A stretch of 64,000 nt of DNA from the NCBI GenBank assembly GCA_018816735.1, contig JAHIVH010000036.1, positions 20,667 to 84,666 of the forward strand. Direction: 5' to 3'. This document shows, piece after piece, positions 50,809 to 60,261 of the stretch. This stretch comes from Pseudomonadota bacterium. GTDB taxonomy: Bacteria > Desulfobacterota > Desulfobacteria > Desulfobacterales > JAHIVH01. Position numbers and translations under genes: made by a program. Numbering within the stretch: position 1 is the first letter of the stretch; each line of letters begins with the position of its first letter. The notes beneath the pieces are model-generated. The model saw only the letters and a list, made by a program, of their open reading frames with translations, did not search any database and was not told the DNA's origin.

Positions 50809-52581
50809 CTATTCTCCTTTCAGCCGGGTAAATGTGCCAATATCGGGCGGTTCAAACCTGACATACCTGCCTGAGTGCCATTTTAAAAAAATCAATGACG
50901 GATCATCAAACGCTTTTTTAAAATGAAAAGCGACCTTTTCAGGCCTGCCGTCTGTTGTCAAAGATAATATTTCGATGGTCAGTCCAGTCAGCTCGATTCT
51001 TTTTCCTTTTTGCAATGGATGCAATTGATCCCGAAAACCGGTACTACCCCGTTCTGAAAAATATCCGCCTTCGGGTTCAACGACCAGTGTCTGCGGATCG
51101 GTTCTCATAATTTTCAAATTATTTAAACCAGCGAAAAGAACCCTCAGGTGCATCGGTATTGAAAGGTTATAGCACATACGGGTGACAAGAAAATAAATAC
51201 CTTGCAGTGCGTCGACTGGATTTATCAGAACAAGGTCTTTGTCTGTGTAATCTGTTTGTGTCCCCAGATTCATTGCCGGCGCATGATACATCTTTTGGGT
51301 AAAATTATTAAAAATCATCATTTTCATGGAAAACAGCAAAGGAGAAAGAAACAAATGGACAGCGATTAAAATAATGACAAGGAAATTTGTCAAGATTCGC
51401 AAGAATTTCATATTTGGCAACCACGGTGCATTATGATGCCAGCTGAATATCAACTGCGCCAGGAGTGCTACTGCTCCCATACCGGTAAAAATAAACAGAC
51501 GGTCATCGCTAAAAGCGGCGCACATCAATATCGATGACAGGAAAAAACCTGTAAACCAAAAACGGGCTTTATTATCTGTGCGAAGCAGCGGGAAAATAAG
51601 TGTGAGACCAATCGCGCTTAAAACCAGCGTGGCAAACCACATTGGTGTCTTTACGGCTTCAGGCAGGATAAAAAATGTTGAAGGAGATATCCCCCATTCT
51701 CCCTGGAACATTACGGGAAGCCGTTTATGCAGGACTGATATGAATTCAAGCGGACTCTTGGCCGGGTCAATGTATGTCATTGAGCCGAAACTGCCAAAGC
51801 GGCCAATAGTATAAAAAATTCGCCAGGTAATTGTGACCATCATATACGGCAGCAGACTCAGTGCCCTATCTTTTAATCTCCGGTTATCTATAAACACACT
51901 ATAAGAAAAAATATAAAATATTGTAACAACGCCGTATTCTGCGGATAAAAGAGAAAGGATCAAACAAACAGGCGCAATGATATAACCGGCTTTCCAGGTA
52001 TCCTTTATTAAACGATCATGAGCGATAAGAGATGAAACACCAAAGAATGTGGCTATCATGGAATTTCTAGCGGCTATCCAACTGACATTCAAAAAGTGCG
52101 TATGGTCAAGGGCGTACAACAGCCCGGCAAGACCGGCAAGATGAGTGATACCCATTATTCTTCTGAAAAAGATCGATACGACCAGGACGACAGCGCCAAA
52201 CCAGAGTAGATTATGGAACAGCATAAATTCAGGTGAGTCAGGCAGAAATTGATAATCCAGCCAATGGGTAATTTCAGCCAACGGCCGCCAAAAAGAAATG
52301 CGAAGCCCTTCATATGTCCACCAGGGAAGATCCCCCCTGTCCAGCTGCTGTAAAAATTCTGCATGGTTTTTGGTCTGCCATGAAAACATGCCAAACAGCC
52401 GGAAGCCGTTTATTGGGTTGTCCATGGCAGAAGAATCCATAAATTTGATGCGATGAATATAGTCATCGACCTTAAACCCCGTAAACAAACCCGGCAGGCT
52501 TATAAACATGGCCAACAGTGACAGGATGACAGGCAAACGGGCATGGGTCAGCAGGGAAAACGCTTTTTCATATTTTTCCAT
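50809..52581 (-). CDS. Polytopic membrane protein, tentatively a GT-C-fold (ArnT/PMT-like) glycosyltransferase.
   Basis: About 12 TM helices, a DD motif (KVDDYIH) in the first predicted loop, and a soluble C-terminal domain of about 130 aa. The assignment is by architecture only. Confidence 0.5.
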   Translation of the reverse strand: MEKYEKAFSLLTHARLPVILSLLAMFISLPGLFTGFKVDDYIHRIKFMDSSAMDNPINGFRLFGMFSWQTKNHAEFLQQLDRGDLPWWTYEGLRISFWRPLAEITHWLDYQFLPDSPEFMLFHNLLWFGAVVLVVSIFFRRIMGITHLAGLAGLLYALDHTHFLNVSWIAARNSMIATFFGVSSLIAHDRLIKDTWKAGYIIAPVCLILSLLSAEYGVVTIFYIFSYSVFIDNRRLKDRALSLLPYMMVTITWRIFYTIGRFGSFGSMTYIDPAKSPLEFISVLHKRLPVMFQGEWGISPSTFFILPEAVKTPMWFATLVLSAIGLTLIFPLLRTDNKARFWFTGFFLSSILMCAAFSDDRLFIFTGMGAVALLAQLIFSWHHNAPWLPNMKFLRILTNFLVIILIAVHLFLSPLLFSMKMMIFNNFTQKMYHAPAMNLGTQTDYTDKDLVLINPVDALQGIYFLVTRMCYNLSIPMHLRVLFAGLNNLKIMRTDPQTLVVEPEGGYFSERGSTGFRDQLHPLQKGKRIELTGLTIEILSLTTDGRPEKVAFHFKKAFDDPSLIFLKWHSGRYVRFEPPDIGTFTRLKGE

Positions 52582-52778
52582 ACATAACTACTTATTCTGA
52601 CTTCGTTAAAATTCAACACGGCTGCCAGCTTCAATGCAGAAAACCGCGCTCGCAATTCTATAGCCGACAGTCGCTTTTGATGACGAATGGGGTGGCATTG
52701 TACGCAATTCCTGTCAAGCGTATTTAAACCTTGGTAAACATGATATTGAAAATCCAATAATAAAATTACAGATACAGT

Positions 52779-52793
52779 TTTACAAGATGTAAA
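52779..52793. promoter_or_regulatory. Palindromic upstream activator-like site, copy 2.
   Basis: TTTACAAGATGTAAA is a perfect 6-3-6 palindrome. It begins 118 bp upstream of the -24 TGGCA at 52897. AT-rich, bendable DNA lies in between. Confidence 0.5.
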
Positions 52794-52896
52794 AAACATC
52801 GACATGAAAATTGGACCTGCTTTCACCCCCCAAAAAAATCATAATAATTTATAATATATTTTCAGGTAGTTGTATATAAAAATTTTCAAACTGGTC

Positions 52897-52912
52897 TGGC
52901 ACAAAGGTTGCC
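52897..52912 (+). promoter_or_regulatory. sigma54 (-24/-12) promoter P2.
   Basis: TGGCACAAAGGTTGCC is an exact TGGCAC-N5-TTGC. It lies about 100 bp upstream of the receiver gene at 53014. Confidence 0.75.
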
Positions 52913-53013
52913 ACACATAAAAAATGAAAATGCATATTTTTTTTTCTTCAGGTCATTTCCTGGCAGAAGCTGAAGCTGACAGGATAATTATTATTTAATC
53001 GAAACAGGGGGTA

Positions 53014-53472
53014 ATGATGGAAAAATTGAAACTGTTGCTTGTGGATGATGAGAAAAGATTTCTTGAAACCACAAGCAAGCTCCTTTCTAGAAAAGGACTG
53101 GAAGTTTACACGGCAACAAATGGCCAGGATGCGCTTGACCTAATTCAAAAGCAAATCATCCATGTGGTCATTCTGGACGTGAAAATGCCGGGCATGGATG
53201 GCAACACCGTATTAAAACGGATAAAGGACAGTTATCCGCTTGTGGAAGTCATTATGTTAACCGGCCATGGAACGATTGAATCTGCAGTGGAAGGGCTGAA
53301 AAGCGGGGCCACAGACTATCTGGTCAAGCCTGCAGATATAGAAGAACTGGCATCCAAAGCAGAAGAAGCCTATGAAAAACGGCTCAAACAGGAAGAAAAA
53401 ATCCGCATGGCCCGTGCCCGGATGTTCATGAAATCACCCAGGGAAATTTTGAAAGAGGCAGACAAACTTTAA
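53014..53472 (+). CDS. Single-domain response regulator with a helical C-terminal tail.
   Basis: LLVDDE, VILDVKMPGMDG, LTGH, VKP. No output domain. Confidence 0.9.
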   Translation: MMEKLKLLLVDDEKRFLETTSKLLSRKGLEVYTATNGQDALDLIQKQIIHVVILDVKMPGMDGNTVLKRIKDSYPLVEVIMLTGHGTIESAVEGLKSGATDYLVKPADIEELASKAEEAYEKRLKQEEKIRMARARMFMKSPREILKEADKL

Positions 53473-53507
53473 TCAATCGTGTGAATCGTTCCTTTTCGGA
53501 GGTGAAT

Positions 53508-55361
53508 ATGCAGCAAACAAAATCGAAAAAAATAACCGGATATGATAAGTATGTGGACTGGAAGATATTTATTGTTCCGGTTGTCCTGTTTTTTGTCTTT
53601 ATCTTCATGCCAACACCCTATGGCATGAAAGATGTGGGTATGGAATACAACATCGGGCAGAAATCCGTAATCAACCTGATCACCGAATCCCTTTTTGGTG
53701 TAAAAGGCAATGAGGCGGCACAATGGCAGCTTCTGACCGCCCAAATCATGGAACAGAACATGCAGATGGGGGCACTTAACCGAAAGCGATATCTGAAACG
53801 GGATATCAAGTGGTGCAGCAGCAATAAAATCGAAGCAGACAAATCCAACTTTGAGAAAGCCTATGCATTTATTGATTCTCAAATTGACGACCAAACGTAT
53901 CTTTCCTTGATGCAAAATGCCCTCAAACACCGGAAAGAAGGCCTGAAGTATGAAAACCTCACCGGTTCGGATAAAAAATCAGCCGACAAAGGCGCCTGGC
54001 ACATCAAGGTGGCTATCGCCATGAGCGTATTTGTTGTCTTATGCTTTTTGACCGAATGTATCCCCTTGCCAGGCGTTGCCTTCTGTATAGGGCTTATTCT
54101 GGTATTTACAGGTGTTCTTTCGAGAAAAGAAGTGGCCATGCTCTATTGGGATGATGCGTGCTGGTTTATCATGGGAAGTCTCATGTTCGCCGCAGCTTTC
54201 GTAAAAACCGGCGTGGACAAACGGGTATGCCTGATGATGTTCAAGAAACTGGCTACACCCAATGTCAAATGGATCACCCTGATCTTCTTCATCATCATTA
54301 CTCCTCTTGCCGCGTTTATCTCGGATCATGCGCTTGCGGCCATGTTTCTTCCCATAGGCATGCTTCTCTATCAGAACAGCCTGACACGGGAAACACCGGA
54401 TGATCCGGAACTCGCCAAAATGCTTATGATCACCATCGCCATGGCTTGCAACCTGGGAGGGCCGGGTTCACCGTCAGGCGGCGCCAGAAACGTCATCATG
54501 ATGACCTACCTCTCCGATATGTTTGGCATGGATATCGGCTATTTCCAGTGGATGATCTACTGTTTTCCATTCGTCATGGTCATGATCCCCATTGGATGGT
54601 TTTTCATCAATTTTCGGTTTAAGCCGCAAATTCACTCTCTGGCACCTGCCATGAAACACCTTCAAACCGAAATAGGGAAAATGGGGGATTGGAACCGATC
54701 ACAGATATGGGCACTGATCATCTTTGTCGTCATGGTCTTTTTCTGGTTCACGGAAAAAACATTTTACGAAATGGGAATACTCCCGATCCGAATGGGGATC
54801 GGTGTGGTAGCAGTAGCCGGCGCAGTCGCCTATCTTCTGACAGGCGTGGTGAACTGGCGGGATTATCAGGAAAAAGTGGATTGGGGTGTGGTCTGGCTCT
54901 ATGCAGGCGCCATCATCTTCGGCCGGACGCTTGACAGCACTGGTGCGGCTTATTGGCTAGCCAGATCCGTTCTCGATGCGCTCGCACCTCTGGGAATGAA
55001 TGCAGGGCTGCCATTAATGGCCCTTTCAAATGGCATGACCGCAATTCTCACCAATCTGATGGCTGATGGTCCGGCTGCAGCAGCAATTGGACCGATTACA
55101 CTTAACATGGCAGGGCTTGCCCATCCCGGAACCTATTTTCTACCATTCATGGCCATGTCCACAGCCATTGCTTCTTCTTTTGCCTATTGCCTGATTATAG
55201 GAACGCCACCCAATGCAATCGTATATGCAAGCGGCTATCTTGAACCCAAGGATTTTTTGAGAGTGGGTATACCGCTTTGGTTTATTACGAACATCGTTCT
55301 TCTTGTTCTGACAGGTGTATACTGGATGGTTATAGGATTTGGAGAAATGCCTGGCTTTTAG
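53508..55361 (+). CDS. DASS/SLC13-like permease 2, with a large hydrophilic insert after TM1.
   Basis: GTPPNAIVY and PSGGARNV re-entrant-loop-like motifs. GGAGG RBS before the ATG at 53508; the ORF track starts at GTG 53481. Confidence 0.85.
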   Translation: MQQTKSKKITGYDKYVDWKIFIVPVVLFFVFIFMPTPYGMKDVGMEYNIGQKSVINLITESLFGVKGNEAAQWQLLTAQIMEQNMQMGALNRKRYLKRDIKWCSSNKIEADKSNFEKAYAFIDSQIDDQTYLSLMQNALKHRKEGLKYENLTGSDKKSADKGAWHIKVAIAMSVFVVLCFLTECIPLPGVAFCIGLILVFTGVLSRKEVAMLYWDDACWFIMGSLMFAAAFVKTGVDKRVCLMMFKKLATPNVKWITLIFFIIITPLAAFISDHALAAMFLPIGMLLYQNSLTRETPDDPELAKMLMITIAMACNLGGPGSPSGGARNVIMMTYLSDMFGMDIGYFQWMIYCFPFVMVMIPIGWFFINFRFKPQIHSLAPAMKHLQTEIGKMGDWNRSQIWALIIFVVMVFFWFTEKTFYEMGILPIRMGIGVVAVAGAVAYLLTGVVNWRDYQEKVDWGVVWLYAGAIIFGRTLDSTGAAYWLARSVLDALAPLGMNAGLPLMALSNGMTAILTNLMADGPAAAAIGPITLNMAGLAHPGTYFLPFMAMSTAIASSFAYCLIIGTPPNAIVYASGYLEPKDFLRVGIPLWFITNIVLLVLTGVYWMVIGFGEMPGF

Positions 55362-55398
55362 GTAATGGCAGTTTGAAATGAATAAAAGGAGTCACATC

Positions 55399-55545
55399 AT
55401 GAACCAGGACCTTGACCAAAAAAAAATGTTTATCTTTTCAAAAGGGAAAATGTATTTTTCGAAAGATACAGAAAGAAGAATCTGTTTTTTTCTCACACTG
55501 ACCATGTTGATTTCAGCGGCTTTGTTTAAGGCAGGGATCATTTGA
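55399..55545 (+). CDS. Candidate 48-aa small membrane protein (below the ORF-track size cutoff).
   Basis: AAGGAG RBS 8 nt before the ATG. Translation: MNQDLDQKKMFIFSKGKMYFSKDTERRICFFLTLTMLISAALFKAGII, with one C-terminal hydrophobic helix. It sits between the DASS-2 and Yip1-like genes. Confidence 0.35.
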   Translation: MNQDLDQKKMFIFSKGKMYFSKDTERRICFFLTLTMLISAALFKAGII

Positions 55546-55569
55546 CACAAGCGAAAGAAGGAACATGAT

Positions 55570-56103
55570 ATGCATCATACGTCTTTTTCAGCACATTATT
55601 ATGTGACAACACTCTCAGGCCTTCTCAGAAAGCCCGGCGTTTTTTTCAGGGAATCCCTTGATCAGGAGACATCTCTCCGGGCATTCCTCTTTTTACTGAT
55701 ATCAGGTGTTTTCTCTACAGCGGCAGCGCTTCTGATGAATCCCGATATCAGGGCACTCCTACCCACAGGAATTCTTTTTGTGAATGCTATTGGGATGTCT
55801 GTGCTTGCCGCTTTTACCGGATATGGCATCATGGTCATGATGGTCGGAAAAAAAATATCTTTTGCCAGATTTTTCAATATTTACGCCTTTTCCTCAGGCG
55901 TGATCCTTCTGGCCTCATGGATACCTTTTTTGGTCATTATCACAGAACCCTGGCGATGGATACTGATCGGCACCGGGCTCGTCAAGGGAGGTCAGATGAA
56001 AAAGTTTCAGGCATTTATGATCATTATCCTCTCAATCACGGTCATGACCCTTTTGTTCTGGTCGATTCTGCCTGTCTTGTCCGTTGTCAAAGGAAAAGGA
56101 TAA
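55570..56103 (+). CDS. Yip1-domain-like integral membrane protein.
   Basis: 177 aa with five predicted TM helices after a short cytoplasmic N-terminus. The family call is by architecture and memory only. Confidence 0.55.
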   Translation: MHHTSFSAHYYVTTLSGLLRKPGVFFRESLDQETSLRAFLFLLISGVFSTAAALLMNPDIRALLPTGILFVNAIGMSVLAAFTGYGIMVMMVGKKISFARFFNIYAFSSGVILLASWIPFLVIITEPWRWILIGTGLVKGGQMKKFQAFMIIILSITVMTLLFWSILPVLSVVKGKG

Positions 56104-56182
56104 GGATAAACAAAATGGCTGTTTCATGATTTTTAATTGGATATTTACGGCATGATTATTAATAAAAAAGGAGACAAACCCC

Positions 56183-57088
56183 ATGAATAAAATAATTAAA
56201 GTCCTGATGGTGGATGACGAGGAACAGTTTCGAAAAACCACCAAAAAAATTCTTGAAAAAAAAGGATTTGAGACCATCATGGCTGAGAACGGCAGGCAAG
56301 CCATTGATATGCTCAAAGAAAAACCGGATGTGGTCGTGCTGGATATTAAAATGGAAGGCATGGATGGCCATGAAACACTGGATGAAATCAAAAAGCGCTC
56401 ACCTGATTTGCCGGTCATTATGCTCACAGGCCATGGTGCACTGCCATCTGCCAAAGAGGCATTAACCCAGGGGGCCTTTGATTACCTGTCAAAGCCCTGT
56501 GATATTGATCTTCTGGCTTCGAAAATTAAAGACGCCTGCAAATTTAAATTTCAGGATGACGTGGACACGGAAAAAAAAGTTTCTGACATCATGATCCCCC
56601 TGAACGAATATACACTGGTCGAAGCAAACCAGACTATTGAAGAGGCAGTCAAAAAACTGAAAGACTCTTTTCTGTCCAAAGTCGCCACAAGCCGGTTGAT
56701 GGAAACCGGCCATCGTTCCATTCTTGTCACGGGAAAGGATAAAAGTATTCTTGGCCTTTTAACGATTCTTGACCTGCTGAACGCCATTATGCCGGGCTAC
56801 CTCTCTGCGCCAAGGCCGTCTACTGCGGACAGCGTCAGGTACTCTCCCATGTTCTGGACCGGTATGTTTACAAGAGAAACCCTGGAACTAAAGAAAATAC
56901 CCATAAGCCAGATCATGAGTCCTGCGCCCATTACCATTGATGAAGATGCCAATATCATGGAAGCCGCACACACCATTATCGAATTTGAAACAAGGCGGCT
57001 TCTTGTGATATCAAAGGGCAAACCGATTGGGATTGTCCGGGAGCAGGATCTGTTCTTTGAAATGGAGCGGATCATGTCGAGCCAATGA
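56183..57088 (+). CDS. Response regulator with a tandem CBS-domain output (REC-CBS-CBS).
   Basis: REC motifs (LMVDDEE, VVLDIKMEGMDG, LTGH, SKP), then two CBS repeats (VSDIMIPL... and ISQIMSPAPITID...GIVREQDL). Confidence 0.88.
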   Translation: MNKIIKVLMVDDEEQFRKTTKKILEKKGFETIMAENGRQAIDMLKEKPDVVVLDIKMEGMDGHETLDEIKKRSPDLPVIMLTGHGALPSAKEALTQGAFDYLSKPCDIDLLASKIKDACKFKFQDDVDTEKKVSDIMIPLNEYTLVEANQTIEEAVKKLKDSFLSKVATSRLMETGHRSILVTGKDKSILGLLTILDLLNAIMPGYLSAPRPSTADSVRYSPMFWTGMFTRETLELKKIPISQIMSPAPITIDEDANIMEAAHTIIEFETRRLLVISKGKPIGIVREQDLFFEMERIMSSQ

Positions 57089-57133
57089 CATTGAACTTAA
57101 GTACGATCAGGCTGAATGATCTCCTTTCTTAAA

Positions 57134-57162
57134 CCGGTATGGAGAGTTCTTCTCCATACCGG
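57134..57162. terminator. Bidirectional terminator hairpin between convergent genes.
   Basis: ccggtatggaga-g ttc t-tctccataccgg (12-13 bp stem, 3-nt loop). It is flanked by T-rich sequence on the minus-strand side. Confidence 0.6.
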
Positions 57163-57177
57163 AGTTCCCGATTTCAC

Positions 57178-58605
57178 TCAGGTGCTCATTTTAATCTTGT
57201 ACCGGTCTATCTTGGCAAGAAGCGTGGGCCGGGACAGGCCTAGAATTTTTGCAGCCTGGCTCCGGTTGCCTTGAGACAGGTTAAGGGCCTCCCGCGTCAG
57301 AATTTCTGCAAAATAATCCATAATATCCTCAAAGGTGTGCTCGGAAGAGGAGGACTGAATCTTTTGATGAACCCAGTCCCGCATGATTTTATCGATATCC
57401 GTCATGGTATCGGATGTGGGCATCCTGGAAAGATGATTCTCACCATCCGAGGTTCTCAGAATATCGTCTTTACTGATTGGTGTTCCCTGATTGAAAATCA
57501 GGGCTTTCTGAATCACATTGGCAAGCTCCCTGACGTTTCCCGGCCAGGGGTAAGTGATGAGTGCATTTTTAGCTTCTTTATCTGCGCCCGGATTGGGAAT
57601 GCCCATTGCATGGCTGAACCTGGATAAAAAATGATCTGCGAGAAAGGAAATATCTTCCGTTCTTTCCCGAAGTGGCGGCAAAGAGAGTGTCACTACTTTC
57701 AACCGGTAATATAAATCTTCCCTGAAGGTACCGCTTGAGACAGCTTCTTCAAGATTTCTGTTGGTTGCTGCAATGATCCGCACATCAACAGGGATGGCAT
57801 TTCGCCCGCCCAACCGTTCGATACTTTTTTCCTGCAAAAGACGGAGAATCTTTGATTGAATGTTAAACGGCATATCTCCGATTTCATCCAGGAAAACCGT
57901 CCCTCTGTTCGCCTGTTCGATTTTACCGACACGTCTTCCCGCGGCCCCTGTAAACGCGCCTTTTTCATATCCAAAGAGTTCACTCTCAAGCAGGGTCTCC
58001 GGTATGGCCACACAATTGATCACCAGGAACGACTGATCGTGTCTCTGACTGTGCTGGTAAACGGCACGTGCCACAAGCTCCTTGCCTGTTCCGGATTCTC
58101 CCCGGATAAGGACCGTTGCATCTGTGGGGGCCACACGCCCAATGGATTTGTATATCTCCTGCATGGGCTTGCTTTTTCCGACGATCGCGTCTTCTGATAC
58201 GTTTTCCGGCGAGACATCCATCTGAACCCGGGATCTCATGCATCGGCCCGCATGAAGCCCTTTTTTAATCAATTCAAGTATATCCGGTATTTCAAAAGGT
58301 TTCAGCACATAATCAAATGCGCCCATCTTGGTTGTTTCAATGGCGGTTTCTGTTGTACCATAAGCGGTCATGATAATCACCGGCAGTCTCGGCTCGATGC
58401 CGTGCATGATCTTGAATGCTTCAAACCCATTCATATCAGGCATTCTGACATCCATAATCACCAGATCGGGCATATCTCTTTTAACAACTTCAATGCCGGC
58501 AGCACCGGACGAGGCTGTCTGCGTTCTGTATCCTTCTTCGTCCAACACTTTTTTAAAACTGTTTCTCAGTTGAGGGTCATCATCCACAATAAGAATTGTT
58601 GTCAT
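57178..58605 (-). CDS. sigma54-dependent response regulator (NtrC/Fis family bEBP).
   Basis: REC ([19 protein letters not shown]), AAA+ with Walker A GESGTGKE, the GAFTGA loop ([15 protein letters not shown]), and a C-terminal Fis-type HTH ([16 protein letters not shown]). Confidence 0.93.
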   Translation of the reverse strand: MTTILIVDDDPQLRNSFKKVLDEEGYRTQTASSGAAGIEVVKRDMPDLVIMDVRMPDMNGFEAFKIMHGIEPRLPVIIMTAYGTTETAIETTKMGAFDYVLKPFEIPDILELIKKGLHAGRCMRSRVQMDVSPENVSEDAIVGKSKPMQEIYKSIGRVAPTDATVLIRGESGTGKELVARAVYQHSQRHDQSFLVINCVAIPETLLESELFGYEKGAFTGAAGRRVGKIEQANRGTVFLDEIGDMPFNIQSKILRLLQEKSIERLGGRNAIPVDVRIIAATNRNLEEAVSSGTFREDLYYRLKVVTLSLPPLRERTEDISFLADHFLSRFSHAMGIPNPGADKEAKNALITYPWPGNVRELANVIQKALIFNQGTPISKDDILRTSDGENHLSRMPTSDTMTDIDKIMRDWVHQKIQSSSSEHTFEDIMDYFAEILTREALNLSQGNRSQAAKILGLSRPTLLAKIDRYKIKMST

Positions 58606-60073
58606 TTCCTATATCCTTGCAAGGTAAAACTATTGTAAATATTGTACCGTTTCCCGGCTTTGAAACCAATGAAAGCATGCCGCCATGTTCATCGATAATA
58701 CGATTGGCAATGCTTAATCCCAGGCCCGTCCCCTCTTCCTTGGAACTGTAAAACGGTTGAAAAACAGTCTCCTGAACGGGTTCGGGAATACCCGGTCCAT
58801 TGTCCTGGACCTGAATCACCACCGATCCGCCAAACGGGTCAATGGTTTTCTCTCCTTCGATGATGGTAAGACGTCCCCCATCCCCCATAGCCTCACACGC
58901 ATTCACCATCAGATTAACCAGAACTTCCTTCAGCTGCTCCGGATCAACCGGAATCATGGGAAGTCTGGACTGCCTTTTCACAGTAACCCATGTGCCATAA
59001 GACTCCAGGCGATATTTTAAAAGCTGAAGGGCCATATCCACCACATCGGAAGGACTGATTGTCTGACGCTTTAATTTAGGCGGTCTTGAAAATTCCAGAA
59101 AATTTTTCAAGACTGTATCGATCTGCCTGATTTCTGCTGAAATCACTTCAAGATCCTCTTTTTGCGCAGAAGTCAGTTTCAAACTTCTCTCCAACGAGAA
59201 TAACCGCATTTTAACTGAAGTCAAAGGATTTCTGACACTGTGTGCAACTCCTGCCGCCAGTTTCCCCACTGTTGCCATTTTTTCAGCCTGGACAAGCTGA
59301 CCTTTGCTCGCAACAAGTTCTTCCCGGGTATGCCCGAAATCTGCAATCAAGCCATTCACCTGCTTCTTTAATGTTTTGACTTCATCGCCCGAAAGAAAAG
59401 TGGCCTGATCTGGTTCTATGCCGGAGGACAGTTCCCGGATGGGCTTGAACACCTGAATATAGAGAATAAAAATCAAAAAAAATACCAGAAGCGCATCAAC
59501 CGGAATGGCTATCCAGGCAAACACAGAAACCAGCCGTGACGCTTTTCGGTAGCTATTCATGGCAGATGTAATGCTCTTTTCGTGAATATCCCTGAATGTT
59601 TCACTGAGTTTTCTTATCTTAAAAAACTGGTCCCTGACGCCCCAGTGGGCCTCCGCACCTTCATCCTTTTTTCCTTCCTTGTAAAGGGCAATCACGTTGT
59701 CTCTTGAATAGGTGTAATGAAGGTATCCGGATTCAATATCATTCAAGATCCCTCTTGCATAGCTGTCTTTGGATGTCTCTCTTGCCCGTTCAAGGGATTT
59801 CATAAATTCGCTATGAAAATCATTGAGTTGGTCCAGCCATTTGGCAGCGTTGGTCAGAAAAAAATACGTGGTCAACCCCTTCTGCATCACAAGTGCTGCA
59901 TCCATTTTCTGGGCGGCAATCAGGGATGCCATATTATTTTCGATCCTGGACATATAAAGATACTGGGTTTTACGGATATGCCATACGGTTATCAGGGAAC
60001 CGGCAAGTGTGATAAGGGTTAAGAGCAGAATGATGAAAAAAAGCTTCTTTTGTAAACTCAGCCTGGCAAACAT
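58580..60073 (-). CDS. Membrane sensor histidine kinase, cognate partner of the NtrC-type regulator.
   Basis: TM1, helical periplasmic domain, TM2, HAMP-like linker. H-box LAAGVAHSVRNPL, N-box LMVNACEAM, G-boxes DNGPGIP and GTGLGLSI. The 3' end overlaps the regulator start by 26 nt. Confidence 0.9.
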   Translation of the reverse strand: MFARLSLQKKLFFIILLLTLITLAGSLITVWHIRKTQYLYMSRIENNMASLIAAQKMDAALVMQKGLTTYFFLTNAAKWLDQLNDFHSEFMKSLERARETSKDSYARGILNDIESGYLHYTYSRDNVIALYKEGKKDEGAEAHWGVRDQFFKIRKLSETFRDIHEKSITSAMNSYRKASRLVSVFAWIAIPVDALLVFFLIFILYIQVFKPIRELSSGIEPDQATFLSGDEVKTLKKQVNGLIADFGHTREELVASKGQLVQAEKMATVGKLAAGVAHSVRNPLTSVKMRLFSLERSLKLTSAQKEDLEVISAEIRQIDTVLKNFLEFSRPPKLKRQTISPSDVVDMALQLLKYRLESYGTWVTVKRQSRLPMIPVDPEQLKEVLVNLMVNACEAMGDGGRLTIIEGEKTIDPFGGSVVIQVQDNGPGIPEPVQETVFQPFYSSKEEGTGLGLSIANRIIDEHGGMLSLVSKPGNGTIFTIVLPCKDIGNDNNSYCG

Positions 60074-60261
60074 ATTTTTTACCTCATTTATCAGGTATTG
60101 AAGTCCGGTATGCCAGACCGTTTGATATTATCGTTTGGTTACACATATTTATATATTAACGAAAACGAAAATCATGTCAATCTGCAAATGAATGGTTCCC
60201 CTGGGAAATCACCTGTTCGGGAAACGATCCGGAAACCTTTCTCCCCATCGGTCACATCCGG

